Source of the DNA: Iphione sp. A-MEVVRFRX5
Lineage: Eukaryota
Assembly (NCBI GenBank): GCA_976226885.1
Contig: OZ320322.1
Coordinates: 41,044,001 to 41,108,000 of the forward strand
Reading direction: 5' to 3'
Length of the DNA stretch: 64,000 nucleotides
Shown piece after piece: positions 59,700 to 64,000 of this stretch. Every line of letters starts with the position of its first letter. Position 1 is the stretch's first letter. A program made the position numbers and the translations under genes. Under the pieces are notes generated by a model. That model was not told where the DNA came from. It ran no database searches and saw only the letters and a list, made by a program, of their open reading frames with translations.

Positions 59700-60480
59700 G
59701 TTTACAAAGTGTTAAGTACCATTGGAAGCTGGTCTAATGTAATTCTTTTCCTTTATGCGAGACTATATCAATTTCAGGATGCTTGTTGAAGACCAGATTA
59801 TTAAATTCAAGTCAATAGTCCCAGGGGTGTTGACACTCAGCTAAGTGGCTAGATATGTGATTCCTTTTTGCTTCGAGAATTAGCGTTTTCAAGAGGGATT
59901 AATAAAATTTTCCAATTCTGAGAATATCAATAGGTTCAAGGTCATCCGTAACCAGAGGGTTCAGATGATTCAGGGTACTTTCTAAATATTCAGTGAAGGC
60001 AATGTAATTGAAATCGTGAAACGATCTGGTCTCATAGGTAAACCGGTAGGTGATCAACGACCAGACAATCTACCGTTCGAGAGGCAGAAATATGAGCCAT
60101 ATTGGTGAAAATGAGGTCTAGGCATGCAGTGCTGGCTTTGTGAATTATAGTTGTCTCTTTGATCAACTGAGTCAAACCTAAATGCTTTAGATAGTTTTCC
60201 ACTTTTCCTATTGCTATTTAATTTTAAACTTATATTTAGATTTCCACTAATTACAAGGTCATATGTCCTTGGTATGGAGATAAGACAAGCCCCGAAGTAA
60301 TCGCATAAACGGTTGCCATCTGCAGGAGGGGAATATAAGTATTACAGACAATCAGTGGTTTCATGTAAGGCAGACTTAATTTTAACCACTGTGATTCAAT
60401 AGGGTCATAGGAAGTACTAAACCCAGTACTAAACTCCTGTTTGATCAGTATGATGACCATACGATACGAGAACCCCATGT
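59700..60480 (-). mobile_element. Heavily decayed LINE ORF2 fragment (APE and post-APE region)
   Basis: IESQWLKLSLPYMKPLIVCNTYIP (~IE.W..L...KP.LI..YRPP) and YETRSFHDFNYIAFTEYL among many stops. Confidence 0.4.
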
Positions 60481-60559
60481 GGTTTTGTAGAGCTTACTTG
60501 ATCTTGTGTAAAGATCTTGTACCTCTGCTGTCCCAGTAGATTCATGTGATGACTTTGAT

Positions 60560-60900
60560 CAGGTTTCGCAAATAAACAGAAAAGTGGCTAGGGATCATCA
60601 AGAAGATGGAATAAGTCGTATCTGTCTGGAAATAGGCGCTGCATATTAAAAAATAGAGATTTACCTTTCATCGTTAGTATGGTAACAAAAAACGTTAGTA
60701 GTGATGTCTACTGTACGGCTAAAATTCTAGTTGTCCGGTAGGTTTTTTTGAAGTATCCCAGTGTTACACACTCTTTTAGCATGCTGGTTCCAATCTCCAG
60801 TTCAACTTTTCTAGAAAGGGCGTAATAAATGCTAATACCAGAATATAGATAGCTGCCCTTATATTTTGAGCTATTGGACCTCTCTTGTTGCAAAAAAGGC
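60560..60900 (-). mobile_element. Decayed L2-like ORF2 C-terminal fragment
   Basis: QNIRAAIYIL..FITPFLEKLNW (~QN.AAR.I...HITP.L..LHW) and IF*YAAPI..IP (~F.YAAP..WN.LP). Confidence 0.4.
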
Positions 60901-61299
60901 CCTTCACTCAGCCTTTATTGTAGTTTGCGTGTTTAATCCTCCACTTGGGTATATCCAACTATTGTTACTACAGTCCAGGCTTAGTATGATCCACTGAAGT
61001 TAGCCCATGTATCCTCCCAAGAGGTAGTCCCAAGTGGTTATGTGCTGCTAAGGTTCCCCTGAAGAACAAGTGCCACAAAGGTAATCCAAGTGCAAACTGG
61101 TTTATTGGCCACACAGGACCCATATTTATACCTCTCAAACAAGTCATGTGATCACAGAAAATAGCAACCATGTATTCTTCTTTGGAATAAAATGTATACA
61201 ATGTCTCTTGTGTTGTCATTCTACACCAATCAGCTGTTGGCACCCTGGCTGGTATCTGGAGATCCAGGGGCTAAGGTCACCTCTAATCTTAACTGGTTC

Positions 61300-61517
61300 G
61301 GGGTACCCCAACGATCCGTATATCTGGGGGTCATTCGGTGCATCTAATTTTCCCTACTGTCTGGGGTACCCCAGCCCAAACCTTCCTAGGGGTGAACAAG
61401 TACATTCAGGCAAGTAGCTCAACCCTAGCTGACTCGGGGTACCCCGTACGTAAATGTTTCCCCTCCCTACAGTATCCTAGGTCGAGTAGCTGCGTCCTAA
61501 CTAACTCGGGGTACCCC
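61300..61517. repeat. Four GGGGTACCCC palindromes at 63-73 bp spacing
   Basis: At 61300, 61363, 61436 and 61508; the last two share the flank CT(G/A)ACTC. Confidence 0.9.
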
Positions 61518-61888
61518 ACACATGAAAGTGCTCCCTCTCTACACTCTCCCCTCGTTAAATCCAGCCCATCTCTATAAATAAGACCCTTCCCGAAATACAT
61601 GTCTAACATCATGAAACAACTTCTATGCAGATAATTCTTTTAGCAACCCCCCTGGCACTGGTCATTCCTGAAGCAGTCCGGACTACTGCACCAGGTATCC
61701 CCAGTCACCAGAATAGTAACATCCTATCACAACTTCTCAATTCTAGTTAACTTTTACCCTGAGTACAGAGATATAAACATTCCGTCCTGGGATAACACTG
61801 CAGAATCACCACGTCACGTCAACGTTCATCACAACCTTTACGTCGGTCTGTACAACTCTCTAGACAGCAGTCGATCACCTGTTTCTTA

Positions 61889-62422
61889 ACATCAACAACG
61901 TGTTTTTGTGGGGGCTAGTCCCCCTTTTGCATAAGTTTCTGACTTATCACAATCTTCTGGCTTTGGTCAGCGTATCACCATGAGCTATGACATCTTGTAC
62001 CTTGGATAACATCAACAACTTGTTTTTGTGGGGGCTAGCCTCCCTTTTACGTAAATTTCTGACTTATCACAATCTTCTGGCTTTGGTCAGCGTATCACCA
62101 CGAGCTGCAACAGCTTGTACCTCGGATTATACAGGTAACTTATTTTTGTGGGGGCTAATCCCCCTTTTACATAAACTTCTGACTTATCACAATCCTCTGG
62201 CTTTGGTCAGCATATCACTACAAAATCCCATACTGTAAGTAAGATGGGTAACTTATTTTTATGGGGGCTAATCCCCCTGACACATAAGCTCCTATCACAA
62301 CTCCCTGGCTTTGGTCGGTATATCACTACAAGCTACAAAGTCTTGTACCTGGAATAACATGAATAATATGTTTTTGTGGGGGCTAGTCCTCCTTCTCATG
62401 TCAACTTCTTGTCTTATCACAA
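61889..62422 (+). repeat. ~120-bp tandem repeat, about 4.5 copies
   Basis: Anchor T(G/A)TTTTT(G/A)TGGGGGCTA at 61901, 62021, 62141, 62254 and 62369. Confidence 0.92.
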
Positions 62423-62689
62423 ACAGGAATTACTTTTGTATCCGATCTTCGACCTGCACTTTTCAGTAATAAATCTTTGCATGAACACTAAGAGGCACAA
62501 CAAGTATCAAGGCCACGTCACCGGGTTTCATAATAGCTGATCATCCACAGTTCTCTTAAGCACCATCATACGGGCATCCTCTGGTTCTTCCTCACATCTG
62601 TGAGGTAGAACCCCGAGGGGTTTATAAGTCATCTAACACACCACGGGCCACCTGGCCAACAAGAAATAAAGTCCTATACCCAGTCAGCT

Positions 62690-64000
62690 TTACTTACGGC
62701 AACTCCGGAGCCGCTTATGCTTAGAACGACTCCGGGAGGAACACGTGTCTACCCCAACACGTCGGGGCGGTCCGCCCCACCCACTGTCCCACATGTCCGG
62801 TATCCCCAACCTGAGCTGTCGGGGAGGGGCCAATCGGCATACGTCGCTGACCGTGGGATGACGGGCACGGCGGACATCCCTGGCTGCTTGTGCTGCCTGC
62901 TGCCACTGTTGAGACTGTCGTACAGCACGTTCGGGGCTGTCTTGCAACCGGCGAACAAAGTTCTCAGCTGCCTCAGCGGTGCGGTTGTGCTGGGTGAAGG
63001 CATCTTCTAGGTCGCCCCAGTCCTCCGCCATCGGTAATGCCAGGCCAGGCAGCAGCAGCGCCGGACGTTTCTTGAGCGGGTCTAGTAGGGTTGGCGGCGG
63101 GGCCCCTCCACCATCCTCGACTAGGTAGAGGACCCACGCCAAGGCGAGGCATGACATGAGGCGCTGGGGGGCCGACATCAGCTCCCAATCCTTAGGGGGC
63201 CAAGTGACAGCTTGCGGTAAGCTGACGGGCTCGGGTACAAATCGTCCCCTCATGGCGGGAACATAGGACCCGACCAATCCGTCGAGGAAGCAGCGGGCTT
63301 GCCGCGACGCCAACGCCGCAGGCTCGGGCGGTAGTAGTCGGCCCGTTAGGCGAGACAGGTGCCCGTCGGGAAGCGGGAGGGAGTCGAGCAACTCTGGTGT
63401 GGCATAGTCGTCAGCGGCGCCGCAAGGGGGGGTAGGCCCCACCTCGGCCCCAACCTCTACTGCCGCTTTCAGTTGAGCCACCACCGAGGACACGTCCAGG
63501 GTGGCCCAGTGGGAAGACTGATCTGGGAGGTGCAAGGGCGGCGTCGGGGGCACGTCGCCAAAGAGGGGGTCATTACGGGCTGCACAAGATCCGCCCTCTC
63601 TGGCTGGAGTGGACGCACTGGAAAGGGTAATTGCCTGGCTGAGGAGTACATCTCCTCGTCTGGACGGGCTGCCAGCAGGAAGAGCGGGTCTCCTCCTCTC
63701 AGGTGTGGCGGGCATGGATGACGTCGCCCTCGCAGGGGAGGAGGGTGTGCTGTACCTCGGGCTCTGGTCGCTTCTCAGGATGCTCCTCGGGGACAGTATC
63801 CGGGGGGCTCTTGATCGGTGTTCGCTGGATGCAAGCAACCGCAGGGCCTCCTCCTGGCTCAAGAACCACCCCCTGCTCCTGAGGCGGTACGCCTTCAGGA
63901 GGATCTCTGTCAACTCATCATCAGGCACATGAACCTTGGCCTTGGGGTCAGCAATGACGTAAAATAACTCCCGATACGGGGCCTCAGTCAGGCCTAGTTC
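62690..64000 (-). CDS. Unknown GC-rich protein, at least 436 aa, open to the window edge (5'-partial); probably mobile-element encoded
   Basis: The frame is open from 64000 (ELGLTEAPYRELFYVIADPKAKVHVPDDEL...). Globular-looking blocks (YRELFYVI...RGWFLS and WPPKDWELMSAPQRLMSCLALAWVL...LLLPG) flank a Pro/Ser-rich linker; no introns; family not recognised. Confidence 0.65.
   Translation of the reverse strand, partial: ELGLTEAPYRELFYVIADPKAKVHVPDDELTEILLKAYRLRSRGWFLSQEEALRLLASSEHRSRAPRILSPRSILRSDQSPRYSTPSSPARATSSMPATPERRRPALPAGSPSRRGDVLLSQAITLSSASTPAREGGSCAARNDPLFGDVPPTPPLHLPDQSSHWATLDVSSVVAQLKAAVEVGAEVGPTPPCGAADDYATPELLDSLPLPDGHLSRLTGRLLPPEPAALASRQARCFLDGLVGSYVPAMRGRFVPEPVSLPQAVTWPPKDWELMSAPQRLMSCLALAWVLYLVEDGGGAPPPTLLDPLKKRPALLLPGLALPMAEDWGDLEDAFTQHNRTAEAAENFVRRLQDSPERAVRQSQQWQQAAQAARDVRRARHPTVSDVCRLAPPRQLRLGIPDMWDSGWGGPPRRVGVDTCSSRSRSKHKRLRSCRK

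Overview
Metazoan genomic DNA, most likely a marine invertebrate (inferred from spliceosomal introns, abundant microsatellites and strong TACATGTA enrichment). There are no prokaryotic features, rRNA, full tRNA or CRISPR. Host genes: (i) a complete 5-exon calmodulin-like gene on + (32038-44119, 154 aa, four EF hands, calmodulin-type intron positions); (ii) an unidentified spliced gene on - starting at a CpG-rich island near 8970. The rest is mostly transposons: L2/CR1-group LINE fragments, a partly duplicated DIRS-type retroelement remnant, MITEs, minisatellites, and a 5'-truncated unknown GC-rich ORF at the right edge. The standout is an apparently full-length, young non-LTR retrotransposon (52990-~59160, -) with three cistrons. 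These are ORF1 (coiled coil + L1-type RRM + a C-terminal NADAR/YbiA-like domain, split by one in-frame TAA), a free-standing SGNH esterase ORF, and an intact 924-aa APE-RT ORF2, followed by AATAAA and an A20 tail. All domain calls are motif recognition by eye, not database searches.
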